Below are positions 30,611 to 40,471 of a stretch of DNA of 64,000 nt, one piece after another. The position numbers were made by a program, and so were the translations under genes. Numbering within the stretch: the stretch's first letter is position 1; each line of letters opens with the position of its first letter. The stretch lies in the NCBI GenBank assembly GCA_963778755.1, contig CAVZVJ010000004.1:148805-212804 (forward strand). The letters run 5' to 3'. The DNA is from an uncultured Acidobacteriota bacterium. GTDB taxonomy: Bacteria > Actinomycetota > Acidimicrobiia > Spongiisociales > ZC4RG35. Under the pieces are notes generated by a model. That model was not told the DNA's origin. It worked only from the letters and a program-made list of their open reading frames with translations, and searched no databases.

Positions 30611-31878
30611 GACGGCGGTTGGGCCTCTGGAGCCTGGCAATAACCACCCTCGTTGGCATCTCCCTGACGATTCCGCTCGCCTTGCTCGTGCGACGTCAGG
30701 CCGTCGAACGAGCACAGGTCGAGGCCGAATTGAGCGCACAGTCCACTGCCTCGTTGGTTGCCCTTGCTGCAGCCCTCGGAGACGCGGTGGATCCGACCGT
30801 GATTGCCGACTCCGTTGGGCCCCTTCCGCCGGGCCAGATAGTGATCCTGCCCGATGGAACGGTGCTCGGTGAGCCCGGAGATATCCCACGCGTGTTGCCC
30901 GAGGAGGTTGCGGAGACAGGCCGTTCCGCAGCTGAGTTCGTTGACGGTGGATGGGAACTGGCGGTGCCGGTGGTGATGCGTGAGGGAACGGTGGTGGTCT
31001 CTACGTTCGTCAGCGATGAAGAACTGACCGCCGGGGTGTGGCAAGCATGGGTCTTGTTGGGCCTGTTGGGAGTGATAACGGTCGCGGCCGCGCTTGTGGT
31101 GGCGGACCGGCTGGCGAGACGTCTCGTCGAGCCCCTGACCTCCCTGGCCGATACGGCAACCAGGCTGGGCGAGGGGGACATGACTGCACGGGTCGAAGTC
31201 AGCCCTCCACGAGAGATTGAGGAGTTGGGGCGCACGTTCAACTGGTTGGCCGATCGTCTCGATCAGCTCCTGGCAGAGGAGCGAGAGGCCGCAGCCGACC
31301 TGTCACATCGGTTGCGAACTCCACTGACCAGCCTCCGCCTTCAGGCCGAAGGGATTTCAGACGCAGAGGAGCGGGCCGCCCTGGTCGCTCAAGTTGGGCG
31401 CGTCGAACAAGCAGTGGATGAATTGATCCATGAGGCGAGAAAGGATCGTTCCCGGGCGCCCGGCAAATGTGACCTCGGATTGGTTGTCGCCAATCGGGCT
31501 GCCTTCTGGCGAGTCCTGGCCGAGGAACAGAATCGAGAGTTCGAAGTCGAGATCGCCTCGGGTCATCTCGAGGTAGGGCTCGGGGAGGACGCGCTTGCGG
31601 CGGTGGTGGACACTCTCATCGAGAACGTCTTCACCCACACACCCGAAGGCACCGGCTTCGGGATCCGGGTGAGCTCGATTTCAAGGCCGACTCTCGAGGT
31701 GTCCGATCGTGGCCCGGGGTTCTCTTCGGCGGCGGCGGTTGCCAGGGGCGTCAGCGGGATTGGATCAACGGGCCTCGGGCTCGACATTGCGAGACGCGCC
31801 GCCGAGTTGAGCGGCGGCGGCCTGGAACTGAGCGACCGCCCCGGTGGCGGGGCGGTCGTCAGGGTCTGGTTCGGTTAG
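30607..31878 (+). CDS. HAMP-domain sensor histidine kinase
   Basis: Two TM helices, HAMP, DLSHRLRTPLT H-box, DRGPG, GLGLDIA. Confidence 0.93.
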   Translation: MRRRLGLWSLAITTLVGISLTIPLALLVRRQAVERAQVEAELSAQSTASLVALAAALGDAVDPTVIADSVGPLPPGQIVILPDGTVLGEPGDIPRVLPEEVAETGRSAAEFVDGGWELAVPVVMREGTVVVSTFVSDEELTAGVWQAWVLLGLLGVITVAAALVVADRLARRLVEPLTSLADTATRLGEGDMTARVEVSPPREIEELGRTFNWLADRLDQLLAEEREAAADLSHRLRTPLTSLRLQAEGISDAEERAALVAQVGRVEQAVDELIHEARKDRSRAPGKCDLGLVVANRAAFWRVLAEEQNREFEVEIASGHLEVGLGEDALAAVVDTLIENVFTHTPEGTGFGIRVSSISRPTLEVSDRGPGFSSAAAVARGVSGIGSTGLGLDIARRAAELSGGGLELSDRPGGGAVVRVWFG

Positions 31879-31881
31879 AGG

Positions 31882-32478
31882 TCAGTCGCCCTGTTCGATA
31901 TTGACCGTGATTCCGCCGTGCTCGATCTCGGCTTCGAACTCGGCCTCGCTCTCGCCGTTGCGAAACTTGACCTTGACTCGATCAGAGCGAGCCTTGTCTA
32001 CTTCGCTGGTCCATCCGCTGTTTGGTTGGACGTCTGTCAGTACGAGCACTCCGTTCGTGACGTTGATCGTGACGCTTCCGGCACCTGCGACTTGATAGGT
32101 GTGAGTTCCATCGGAGACGGCAACGGCGGTGTCGTCGTCGCCTCCGGGACGACCCTCGGCCTCGTTCTGGTCATCGTCGCCCTTGTCCCGGTCATCGTTG
32201 AGATCCTCGTCGTCAACGGTCGAAGAAGTGGTGTCGTCGTCATCGATCGTGGATGACGTGTTGTTCTCGATGGTGGTTGACGTGACCCCGCCGAGGCTGG
32301 TCGATGACGAATTGCCAGCGACGCTGCTCGAGGACCCGTTGTCATCCAGGCTGGTGGATGTGCTTGGAGTCGTGGAGCCGGGGGAAGAGTCATCTGACCC
32401 GCTGGCCCATGCGATCCCTGCAATGAGCAGCGTCGCCGCCAAAACACCACCGATCGTGGCCAATGTCCTCTTGTGCAT
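31882..32478 (-). CDS. Secreted Ser/Thr/Asp-rich hypothetical protein
   Basis: Signal peptide ending AWA, low-complexity linker, C-terminal GSVTINV...PNSGWTSEV...RVKVKF domain; RBS AGGAGG. Confidence 0.75.
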   Translation of the reverse strand: MHKRTLATIGGVLAATLLIAGIAWASGSDDSSPGSTTPSTSTSLDDNGSSSSVAGNSSSTSLGGVTSTTIENNTSSTIDDDDTTSSTVDDEDLNDDRDKGDDDQNEAEGRPGGDDDTAVAVSDGTHTYQVAGAGSVTINVTNGVLVLTDVQPNSGWTSEVDKARSDRVKVKFRNGESEAEFEAEIEHGGITVNIEQGD

Positions 32479-32538
32479 GATGAACCTCCTTGGTTTCAGG
32501 ACAGGTCAGAGCATGCGGGATAGACCATTATCGGGTCC

Positions 32539-32566
32539 TCACGGGACCGTCAAGGAACTCCTAAGG
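32539..32566. promoter_or_regulatory. Direct repeats TCACGG/TCAAGG/CTAAGG at 11-bp period
   Basis: Positions 32539, 32550, 32561; same motif and orientation as at 29861. Confidence 0.6.
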
Positions 32567-32572
32567 GGGTGG

Positions 32573-33279
32573 TCACCCGGTGAAAATGTGGGTGGTCCAG
32601 AGATTGCCTGACCCGTCCACCCAAACACCGACTCCAAAATGGGTGTAGCCGCCAAGCATGTTTGCCCTGTGCCCGGGGCTGGCTTTGAGGGCATCGAAGA
32701 GGGACGAGACCGAGCCGCCCATTCCGACATTTTCGCCTGCCGCGGACCACGGGGGGAGGAAGCGGCCGAGGTCGGAATGTGACAGGCTGCCCTGTCCTGC
32801 CATCCGCTTAGCCCAGGCCCTTGCTTCGCCGTCGAGTGATCCGTCTCTGGTCAAGCCACCCAATCCCTGGGACGAGCGGAAACTGTTGATCGCGGAGGCG
32901 AAGTCTGATTCGTATCCGGCATTGAATCCCGCTGCGGAGGTGCGGGTGGGGGCGCCGGCGGTGGTGTGGACGCTTTTGGCTGGGTAGTGGCCGGCCTGGG
33001 GGCGGCGGTGGTGGTCGGGGCGACTGTGGTTGTTGTTGTCGCGATGGTTGTGGTCGTCGTAGTGGTCAGAAGGTCGTTCTGGTCCCCATCGTGTTCGACG
33101 AAGGGGACGGTGGTCGTCGCCACCGTCGATGGAGGACTGTAGGAATTGCCCGTGACGAGTTCAGGATTCTCGACCGATGCCGCCGCAACCTCGTCCAACC
33201 TGTGGCCGCCGATGACTCCCGACAGCGCGACGGCGATGGCGGTGACAATGATTAATCCGTAGAAATATGAGCGATACAT
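32573..33279 (-). CDS. CAP (SCP-like) domain exported protein; frameshifted
   Basis: TM plus Thr/Pro linker, then ARAWAKRMA..LSHS..AGENVG..SPGHRANML..HFGVGV in another frame. Confidence 0.75.
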
Positions 33280-33319
33280 TTTGGGGAGCGCAGCGACGTT
33301 CCGTTCGGGGCGATGGAAC

Positions 33320-34402
33320 CTACCCAAGCTGCGCAGCGCGCATACCCCCAGATCGCGATTTTCTTCCGAGGTGCCCCCACCGCTCGAGATCCGTCATGGC
33401 GTCGAGCAATGTCTGGTCCGGATCTCTGAACTCGATGCCGAGGTCATTTCGCACCTTCGAATTGTCGAATCTGATCTCACGTCCAACGTGAGTCTTCAGA
33501 TAGGAGCGGGTGCCCGGCTTCTGAAAGTTGGCTCCGAGTCGAACGAGTGAATTCCCGAGTGAGTTGTCGAGGCCAATGCTTGGTAGGCGGTACCGCTCGG
33601 CCCAACCGTTGGCTCGGAGCAGGGCTATCACTTCACGCAAGGATCGGACCCCGGAGGCCGTCAGATACCTTCCCGATGCGGCCTCAGTCTCCACTGCCAG
33701 ACGATGGGCCACGGCTAGATCTCGGACGTCGACGATCGCCCATTGCACTGAGACGATTCCAGGCCAAACCCCGTTGGTGACACCCGCCAGGGCACGTGCA
33801 CTCTCGTTCAGCCCGGGAATCAGCGACGGGCCGAGCACCAGTGGAGGGTTGAGGACGACGAGATCGAAGCCTGGCGCGGTTTCCTCGATGTACTTCCAGG
33901 CGGCTCGCTCGGCCTCCGCCTTTGCCAGGAAGTAGGGGTTTCTGGTGAGAGTCGAGGTGGTGTTCCAGTCCGCCTCGGTGAGTACCCGTCCGTCGGGATC
34001 GTCGTGGACGGCGGCAAAGGACGAGGTGAGTACGACGCGCTTCACGTGGCCTGCGGCACGGCACGCCTCGAGCACGGACAGCGTCCCTTGCACGGCGGGG
34101 TCGACCAGGTCACGTTGCGGGTCTTTCGCATCGGTCAAATATGGAGAGGCGGTGTGAATGACGTACTCACAACCGGCGACCGCGTTGTTGAAAGCGCCCG
34201 GCGTCATCAGGTCGGCCGAAACCAGCTCGAGCCGCTCCTTGGCACCGGGGAGGCCGGTCACATAGCCCTCACGCCAGGCTCGCTCCGGGTCCCGGGTGGT
34301 GCCCCGAACCGAGTAGCCGTTTTCCAGTAGCACTTGGACGATCGCCCCAGCCACGAAGCCGGTGGCGCCGGTGACGCAGACCGGGGCAGTGGTCACGGGC
34401 AT
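33320..34402 (-). CDS. NAD-dependent epimerase/dehydratase (aldehyde reductase/DFR-like extended SDR)
   Basis: VTGATGFVAG, HTASP, YFLAK, VDVRDLA. Confidence 0.9.
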   Translation of the reverse strand: MPVTTAPVCVTGATGFVAGAIVQVLLENGYSVRGTTRDPERAWREGYVTGLPGAKERLELVSADLMTPGAFNNAVAGCEYVIHTASPYLTDAKDPQRDLVDPAVQGTLSVLEACRAAGHVKRVVLTSSFAAVHDDPDGRVLTEADWNTTSTLTRNPYFLAKAEAERAAWKYIEETAPGFDLVVLNPPLVLGPSLIPGLNESARALAGVTNGVWPGIVSVQWAIVDVRDLAVAHRLAVETEAASGRYLTASGVRSLREVIALLRANGWAERYRLPSIGLDNSLGNSLVRLGANFQKPGTRSYLKTHVGREIRFDNSKVRNDLGIEFRDPDQTLLDAMTDLERWGHLGRKSRSGGMRAAQLG

Positions 34403-34444
34403 ATTCCGAGACTATCCGCCGGCTCGAAAGCCATAATTCGCCAC

Positions 34445-35260
34445 ATGCCTCTTGATGAGTATCGGATTGCCAACCGTGCCAACTGGGATTCGCGCGTAGA
34501 TATACATTTCGGGTCCAACGGCTATCGCGTCGACCGTTTTACTGACCCCGCCCATCTCAGTCAGGTGGTCACTTTCGATAAGGACAAGCTGGGCGATGTT
34601 CGGGGAAAGAGGCTGATCCATCTCCAGTGTCACATCGGGACCGACACCATCTCCTGGGCTCGCCTTGGGGCAGAGGTGACCGGCATCGACCTCTCGGGAA
34701 AGTCGATCGCTGCGGCCCAGGAGCTGAGCCGGATGGCGGCTACGCCTGCACGGTTCGTCGTGTCCGAGCTCTACGACTCGCCGACTGTTGTGCCTGAGAA
34801 GTTCGACATCGTCTATACCGGGGTCGGGGCGATCTGTTGGCTTCCAGACATCAAGGGTTGGGCCCAGGTCGTTGCTTCCTTCCTCGAGCCTGGGGGGCGC
34901 TTCTACATGCGTGAAGGCCATCCCATGATGTGGGCCATCGATTGGGAGGACACCAAGCGGCTGTCGGTGACGATGTCCTACTTCGAGACGGTCACACCTT
35001 TCGCCGAGATCGAGGAAGAGACCTATGCGGGTGAAGGTGTGGTGACCAGCCCACTCACCTATTCATGGAATCACGGGATCGCAGAGACTCTGACCGCGCT
35101 GATCGACGCTGGTCTTCGCATCGACGCGGTCGAGGAGTACGACACCTGTGAATGGCAAGCGCTGGACCAGATGGTGGAGGGTGAGGACGGCTATTGGCGG
35201 CTGCCCGAGGGACAAGAACGCCTCCCGATGATGTGGTCCGTGCTCGCCACTCGGGTCTGA
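34445..35260 (+). CDS. Class I SAM-dependent methyltransferase
   Basis: HLQCHIGTDT, GIDLS, FDIVYTGVGAICWLPD. Confidence 0.9.
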   Translation: MPLDEYRIANRANWDSRVDIHFGSNGYRVDRFTDPAHLSQVVTFDKDKLGDVRGKRLIHLQCHIGTDTISWARLGAEVTGIDLSGKSIAAAQELSRMAATPARFVVSELYDSPTVVPEKFDIVYTGVGAICWLPDIKGWAQVVASFLEPGGRFYMREGHPMMWAIDWEDTKRLSVTMSYFETVTPFAEIEEETYAGEGVVTSPLTYSWNHGIAETLTALIDAGLRIDAVEEYDTCEWQALDQMVEGEDGYWRLPEGQERLPMMWSVLATRV

Positions 35261-35347
35261 ACTGACCGTTCAGATTTGGAGACTGCTGGTCGATAACTAG
35301 GGCAGGGTCTTCGACCAATTGCCGGGGACTCCTCCTCCTCCATCATG

Positions 35348-35376
35348 AGAGAGGCCACCTCTTCGGTGGCCTCTCT
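35348..35376. terminator. Hairpin terminator between convergent genes
   Basis: AGAGAGGCCACC-TCTTC-GGTGGCCTCTCT. Confidence 0.65.
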
Positions 35377-35387
35377 TGCGTATGTGG

Positions 35388-36237
35388 CTAATGAGTGATG
35401 ACTGAGACGATCTCGTTTACCGGATACGTCACCGAAGTCGTGGTGTTGGGGACGTCGAGTAACTGCCAGGGCTCGCCCACGAGTCGCCAGCGCGCCGTCC
35501 AGTCATAGGAGACGGTCAACCCGTATCCAATGCCTTTCGTTTCGTAGACATGCCTGGCGATGCCGTCGGGGTAGCCCGCCATCGCAGTCGGCGAGGCAGG
35601 GAAGGTTTGGGCTCGACCGTCCCCCCAGTCGACGATGACACCGCTCACTTCGATCTCGATGTCGACGCTCACACCACCGGCAGCCAGCTGGGTCGCGTGA
35701 TCGGCCGGGATCGGCACCCCAACGAACGTGATCAAACCGGTGACCCCGTTTCCCGCCTCCGGATTCAGGTCGGGAGCAGGCGGGGGATGGATGTATTGGG
35801 TGACGTATTCCCAGACTGCAACCGATGGATCGACCACCGTTCCGGGCTCTGATGTGCATCTGGGGACACGACCGGTCGCGAAGATGATGGCTTCGGGATG
35901 GTCGGGATCTGGGAGCCAACCGAGGGTGGCGTCGCCGTTGATGTAGAGACCGAGATAGATCCATTGGCCCTCGGTCGAGGTGAGATACCAGCAGTCACCA
36001 CCGAGATCGACCCCGGCGCTCGGGTAAAGCCGTGAGGGCACCGAGTCATCACTGGCGTAATCGACGATGTCGCCACCCGCTATCCGACACCGGGTGACTT
36101 GGTCCGTCCGCCCAAGTGCGTACCGTCTGAGTTGCAACCCAACATGAGGCAAAGTCCGCGGCGACTGCCTGGAGAGCGGGCATTGTGATCAGGATTAGGA
36201 GAATGGCTCCAATACCGCGTCGCAATCGGCCTCCCAC
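35388..36237 (-). CDS. Secreted Cys-containing protein with PKD-like C-terminal domain; frameshifted
   Basis: Signal peptide in ORF 36049..36237; PPAPDLNP..GVTGL..VDWGDG..HVYE..YDWTARW. Confidence 0.65.
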
Positions 36238-36782
36238 AGGTCATTCTTGAATGCCCACACGCTGGTGCGAGTCGCCAGCCGCCATCAGTCCAGCGAATGA
36301 CGTCGACACCATCCCTGGTCATGTCTGGACCACGGATGGCGGATAAGTCCGCCGAAGTCCAGATGACAAGGCAGTCGTTCATCGACCAAGAAGATTTCGG
36401 TGTTTGCGAAAACAGATGTCGTTGGGGTTGGGCTTCTGTGACCAATTCAATGAGCACCAAAGGCAGCACGTGCGTCGTCGAGCAGGGCTTGCGTGGCCAC
36501 CACCTCTTTGATCCGTTCCTCGTCCTGGTTGTAGATCCCCTCGAACCAACCGAACCAGAGTTGACGCAGGATCTGCTCCGCCTCTTCGACCGTGGTCACC
36601 ACATGGGTCGCCACGATGCTCGAACTGGTGGTGCGAGTGGCGACCTTGGTCGAAGTGCTGCTGGCGACGGCGTGGACCGTGGTGGTAGGTGGCGGAGCGG
36701 GCTCTTCGCGGGGCCAGAGCACCCAAATTCCAATCGCGAGACCGACCACCACCAGGCCGGCGATCACCCGGGGGAACATCAA
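36195..36782 (-). CDS. Membrane-anchored hypothetical protein; frameshifted
   Basis: TM plus Thr-rich linker; continues in other frames (CLVIWTSADL..RWTDGGWRL..NDLWEADCDAVLEPFS*). Confidence 0.55.
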
Positions 36783-36887
36783 AATCCGAACTTACGCCCC
36801 CGACCACCCTCCGTGAAGGGGTTTACCCACGAAGCGCGAAAACCTCTGCTTCTGAGGCACGTGTAGGGTTCTGCTTGGAGGTGAAGC

Positions 36888-37352
36888 GTGAGTAACGAAG
36901 AACAAGAACGGCACCCGTTCCGTTCCCTGATGAAGTTCCTCATCATTGCTGGATTGCTGGCAGCGATCGCAAGGATGTTGGCTTCGAAGAGGGCGGAATT
37001 CGTCGGTCTCAGCGACGCTGAGGCGAAGGCGAAATTCGAGGAGAAACTCGGTCCCTGGATTGGAGACGAGAAGGCCTCGGAGCTTGCCGATCAGGTCGTG
37101 CCCAAGATGAAGGACGCCGGGCTGTTCGATGCCAACGCCACTGAGAAGGCGATGGACAACGTCAAGGAAGCCGCAGGCAAAACGGCTGACGCGGTAAAGG
37201 AAACCGCCAAGAAGGCGAGCAAGACCGCCAAGGACCTCGGAGAGAAGGCAAGTGACAAGGTGGTGGATGTCACCGACTCAGCATCCGACGCCATCGGGAA
37301 CGCCGTCGGCGAAGTTGTAGACAAGATCGAGGAAGTCACCAAGAAGTCCTGA
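36888..37352 (+). CDS. Hypothetical membrane-anchored coiled-coil protein (YtxH/LEA-like)
   Basis: RBS GGAGG; N-terminal TM; K/A/D-rich amphipathic repeats. Confidence 0.7.
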   Translation: MSNEEQERHPFRSLMKFLIIAGLLAAIARMLASKRAEFVGLSDAEAKAKFEEKLGPWIGDEKASELADQVVPKMKDAGLFDANATEKAMDNVKEAAGKTADAVKETAKKASKTAKDLGEKASDKVVDVTDSASDAIGNAVGEVVDKIEEVTKKS

Positions 37353-37359
37353 CGCAGCA

Positions 37360-37416
37360 CCCCCCTCGCCCGACCCGGAGGGTCGGGCGGTCCCCCCGCT
37401 TTCGCAGGGGGACAAC
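37360..37416. repeat. REPIN-like element copy B (single unit, right half)
   Basis: CCCCCCTCGCCCGACCC-GGA-GGGTCGGGCGGTCCCCCCGCTTTCGCAGGGGGACAAC, nearly identical to the right half of copy E. Confidence 0.85.
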
Positions 37417-37443
37417 GCTGCGCAGTGTTAGCCTGCCGCCGGC

Positions 37444-37578
37444 GTGACCAACGAAGCTGAGATCGCGGCCTCCGCGAAACGAGTGATGATCGTGCTGGTG
37501 ATCCTCTTCATCGTGCTGGTTGCCATCTGGGCAACATCGAGCATCGATTCGATCGTCGCTAATTCATCCGCACCCTGA
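37444..37578 (+). CDS. Small single-pass membrane protein (44 aa)
   Basis: MTNEAEIAASAKRVMIVLVILFIVLVAIWATSSIDSIVANSSAP*; TGTTAGCCT extended -10 upstream. Confidence 0.5.
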   Translation: MTNEAEIAASAKRVMIVLVILFIVLVAIWATSSIDSIVANSSAP

Positions 37579-37605
37579 CGGTCGAATTTCTAGCCTCGAT
37601 GCGTC

Positions 37606-38631
37606 ATGTCTCCCCGCCTCGAATACGTCGACGCCCGCAGCGCGCCCGAGGGCGTGCTTGCTGCGATGCATGACCTCTACCTCGAAATCGACGACGAGGA
37701 GCTTCCCGGCGACCCACCCAAGCCCTACGAACAGCGGCTACTCGACTGGCGTCATGTGCCTGAGAAGGAGTTGTTGGCCCACTGGGTTCTCTGGGACGAC
37801 GACGCTCTCGTGGCGACATCGGGCACTTGGATGAACCTCGAGCAGAATCTGGACAATGCCTTCGGATGGGTCCACGTCCGGAATGGTCATCGCGGCCGCG
37901 GCTACGGCCGGTTGGTTGCCGCTCCGATGCTCGACATGGTCGAGGAACAAAAGCGCACCAGGTTTGCCTGCGCCATCCCGCGGGGCTTCGAGGCGGCCGC
38001 ATTGGCGGAGCGAGCCGGGATGAAGAACGCTTTCCATGCTCAGCGGAGCAGGCTTGTCCTCGCCGACGTGGATTGGGACATGGTCGATGGGTGGGTGGCC
38101 CGAGCACCGGAGCGAGCGTCCGACTACGACGTTCTCTTTTTGCCACCTCCGATTGCAGATGAGCACTTGCAGGCGTATTGCGACCTTCACGACGTGATGA
38201 ACACCGCCCCCTTGGAGGACTTTGAGCGGGATCCTGAGGTGGTCACGCCGGAGTTGTGGCGAGGTCTCGAGGAGATTGATCGCGAACGTCAAACCGAGTT
38301 CTTGGTGTATGTGGCGCGTCACAAAGCCTCAGGCACCTTCGTCGGGCTGACCGAGTTGATCTATCAGCGGCTCAATCCGGCACAGGCCTGGCAGGCGGAC
38401 ACCGGGGTCGAATCAGCCCATCGCGAGAAGGGTCTCGGTCGATGGCTCAAGGCGGCCATGTTGCAGAAGATTCGCTCCGACTATCCCCTGGTCGAGAGGA
38501 TCGACACCGACAACGCAGGCTCCAACGAGCCCATGCTCAATATCAACATCACCCTTGGTTTCAGACCGATCGTGATGAACCACATCTGGCAGGGCGACGT
38601 GGCAACGATTAGGGAACGACTGGGGGTCTAG
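37606..38631 (+). CDS. Tandem GNAT N-acetyltransferase
   Basis: HRGRGYG and TGVESAHREKGLGRWLKAAM..TDNAGSNEPMLNIN..LGF. Confidence 0.88.
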   Translation: MSPRLEYVDARSAPEGVLAAMHDLYLEIDDEELPGDPPKPYEQRLLDWRHVPEKELLAHWVLWDDDALVATSGTWMNLEQNLDNAFGWVHVRNGHRGRGYGRLVAAPMLDMVEEQKRTRFACAIPRGFEAAALAERAGMKNAFHAQRSRLVLADVDWDMVDGWVARAPERASDYDVLFLPPPIADEHLQAYCDLHDVMNTAPLEDFERDPEVVTPELWRGLEEIDRERQTEFLVYVARHKASGTFVGLTELIYQRLNPAQAWQADTGVESAHREKGLGRWLKAAMLQKIRSDYPLVERIDTDNAGSNEPMLNINITLGFRPIVMNHIWQGDVATIRERLGV

Positions 38632-38643
38632 GCCGCGCCGGCG

Positions 38644-39321
38644 CTAGACGTCGTCCCAGCTTTCGGCTGGCTCGGCATTTTCGTGTTCACCGGCGATCCT
38701 CGCGACGTAGGCGGCTGCCTCGCTGCGACGACTCATCCCCATCTTGGCGAGGAGGTTCGACACGTAGTTCTTGACGGTCTTCTCGGCGAGGAACATCTCT
38801 TCTGCGATCTGGCGGTTGGTCATCCCGTCGGCGATGTACTCGACGATGGTTCTCTCCTGTTTCGAGAGCTTGGACAACAAGGGATCGTCCTTCGGACCGC
38901 TGCGGAGCCGCTCGAACAGTCGCTCGGTCATTTCAGGGTCGAGTAGAGACTCACCGGCCCCAACTTTGCGGATGCTCTCGACGAGATCCGTCGTCTTCAC
39001 CCGTTTCAGGACGTAACCGGAGGCTCCCGCCAGGATGGCCGCCATCAAGGCCTCCTCGTCGGCGAAGGAGGTGAGAATCAGCACCTTCACTTCGGGAAAT
39101 CGGGAGCGAATGTCGCGGCAGGCCTCCACACCACTGCGATCGGGGAGCCGAACGTCGAGGACTACGACATCGGGTTGGTCGAAGCCGACCCGTCTCAGTC
39201 CTGCTTCGGCGGTTCCAGCTTCACCAACCACTTCCATGTCGTCCTGAGCGTCGACGAGCCCCTTGAGCCCGGCGCGAACCACCTCATGGTCATCAACCAG
39301 CAACACGCGCAACTTTGACAT
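38644..39321 (-). CDS. devR: NarL-family response regulator, DevR/DosR-like
   Basis: VDDHEVVR, LDVRLPD, MTNRQIAEEMFLAEKTVKNYVSNLLAKMGM matches the DosR recognition helix. Confidence 0.8.
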   Translation of the reverse strand: MSKLRVLLVDDHEVVRAGLKGLVDAQDDMEVVGEAGTAEAGLRRVGFDQPDVVVLDVRLPDRSGVEACRDIRSRFPEVKVLILTSFADEEALMAAILAGASGYVLKRVKTTDLVESIRKVGAGESLLDPEMTERLFERLRSGPKDDPLLSKLSKQERTIVEYIADGMTNRQIAEEMFLAEKTVKNYVSNLLAKMGMSRRSEAAAYVARIAGEHENAEPAESWDDV

Positions 39322-39358
39322 GGGTCTGGACGCTAGCCCTTGGTTAACGTCATTGGCT

Positions 39359-40471
39359 ATGCCGCAGCGTGACTTGCTCAGCCGGCTTCCGGCTCTTATC
39401 GAGGCTGCGGCATCGGTAATCGAAGCCGGAGATCTGCAACAGCTGTTGGGGCGCCTGGTCACCGAGGCCCGGCTTGCAACTGGTGCCCCCTATTGCGCCC
39501 TCGGGGTCATCGGGGAACATGGCGTACTGGTCGAATTCATCCACGAGGGGATGGACGCCGACACAGTTGCAAGGATCGGCACCCTCCCAAAGGGCCTCGG
39601 CGTGCTCGGCACTGTGGTCCGGGAGAAGAGGACGATTCGCCTCGATTCGATCGGGGATCATCCCGACTCCTACGGGTTTCCTCCGAACCATCCCCCAATG
39701 AGCTCCTTTCTGGGTGTGCCCGTCATCGCGGGCGGGCGGGCCTTTGGCAACCTCTACCTCGCCGACAAAGAGGGAGGATTCACCGACTCCGACGTGGCAA
39801 CCATCGAGGCATTGAGCCGGATCGCCGGATCGGCACTAACCAACGCTCGCCTCCATGAAAGGCTGCGGAGTGTCGCTGTTATCGAAGACAGGGAACGGAT
39901 CGCCCGCGACCTGCATGACTCGGTGATCCAGGACCTGTTTGCCGTGGGACTGGGACTGCAAGGAGTTTCGGGCCGGATCACCGATGAGACTGCGGCCGCA
40001 ACTCTTGAGAATGCCGTGGACCGGCTCGACGCAGCGGTCGAGACGTTGCGCAGCTATGTGGCTCAGTTGCGAGGGGGCCCCAGGCTTCCTTTCCAGTTCG
40101 ACGATCGACTCCAAGAACTGGTGTCGCGTATGGGGTCGGCGTATCCGAGCAAGGTCCGCCTCGAGCTGGCGATTACCCGGGCGGGAAGCGAGGTCCTTTA
40201 TGACGAGATCTTCTTACTGGTGGCAGAAGCGCTGAGCAATGCCCTCCGTCATTCGGAGGCAGCTCACGTGAATGTGCTGGTCGAATCGGACTCGTCAGGA
40301 TGGCGGTTGAGGGTGCAAGACGACGGCAGAGGTTTCGACACGAGTGCGGAGAAAAAGGGGATGGGGCTCGGCAATCTGAGAGCGAGAGCGGCGAGCCTGG
40401 GCGGGACGGCGGTCATCACCAGCAGCGCAGACGTTGGCACGATCGTCGAAATCAAGATCCCAATCAGCTGA
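39359..40471 (+). CDS. devS: GAF-domain (heme) histidine kinase, DevS/DosS/DosT-like
   Basis: LPKGLGVLG..HPDSYGFPPNHPPMSSFLGVP GAF-A; RIARDLHDSVIQ H-box; DDGRGF. Confidence 0.8.
   Translation: MPQRDLLSRLPALIEAAASVIEAGDLQQLLGRLVTEARLATGAPYCALGVIGEHGVLVEFIHEGMDADTVARIGTLPKGLGVLGTVVREKRTIRLDSIGDHPDSYGFPPNHPPMSSFLGVPVIAGGRAFGNLYLADKEGGFTDSDVATIEALSRIAGSALTNARLHERLRSVAVIEDRERIARDLHDSVIQDLFAVGLGLQGVSGRITDETAAATLENAVDRLDAAVETLRSYVAQLRGGPRLPFQFDDRLQELVSRMGSAYPSKVRLELAITRAGSEVLYDEIFLLVAEALSNALRHSEAAHVNVLVESDSSGWRLRVQDDGRGFDTSAEKKGMGLGNLRARAASLGGTAVITSSADVGTIVEIKIPIS

Noticed and set aside
32990-33070. Trinucleotide-like GTG/GTT runs
   Set aside because: They encode the Thr/Pro linker of the CAP protein; not an independent repeat.
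35257-35273. CTGAAC-TGACC-GTTCAG as a fifth TetR operator
   Set aside because: Spacer is 5 bp rather than 4, and it overlaps a stop codon between convergent genes instead of a promoter.
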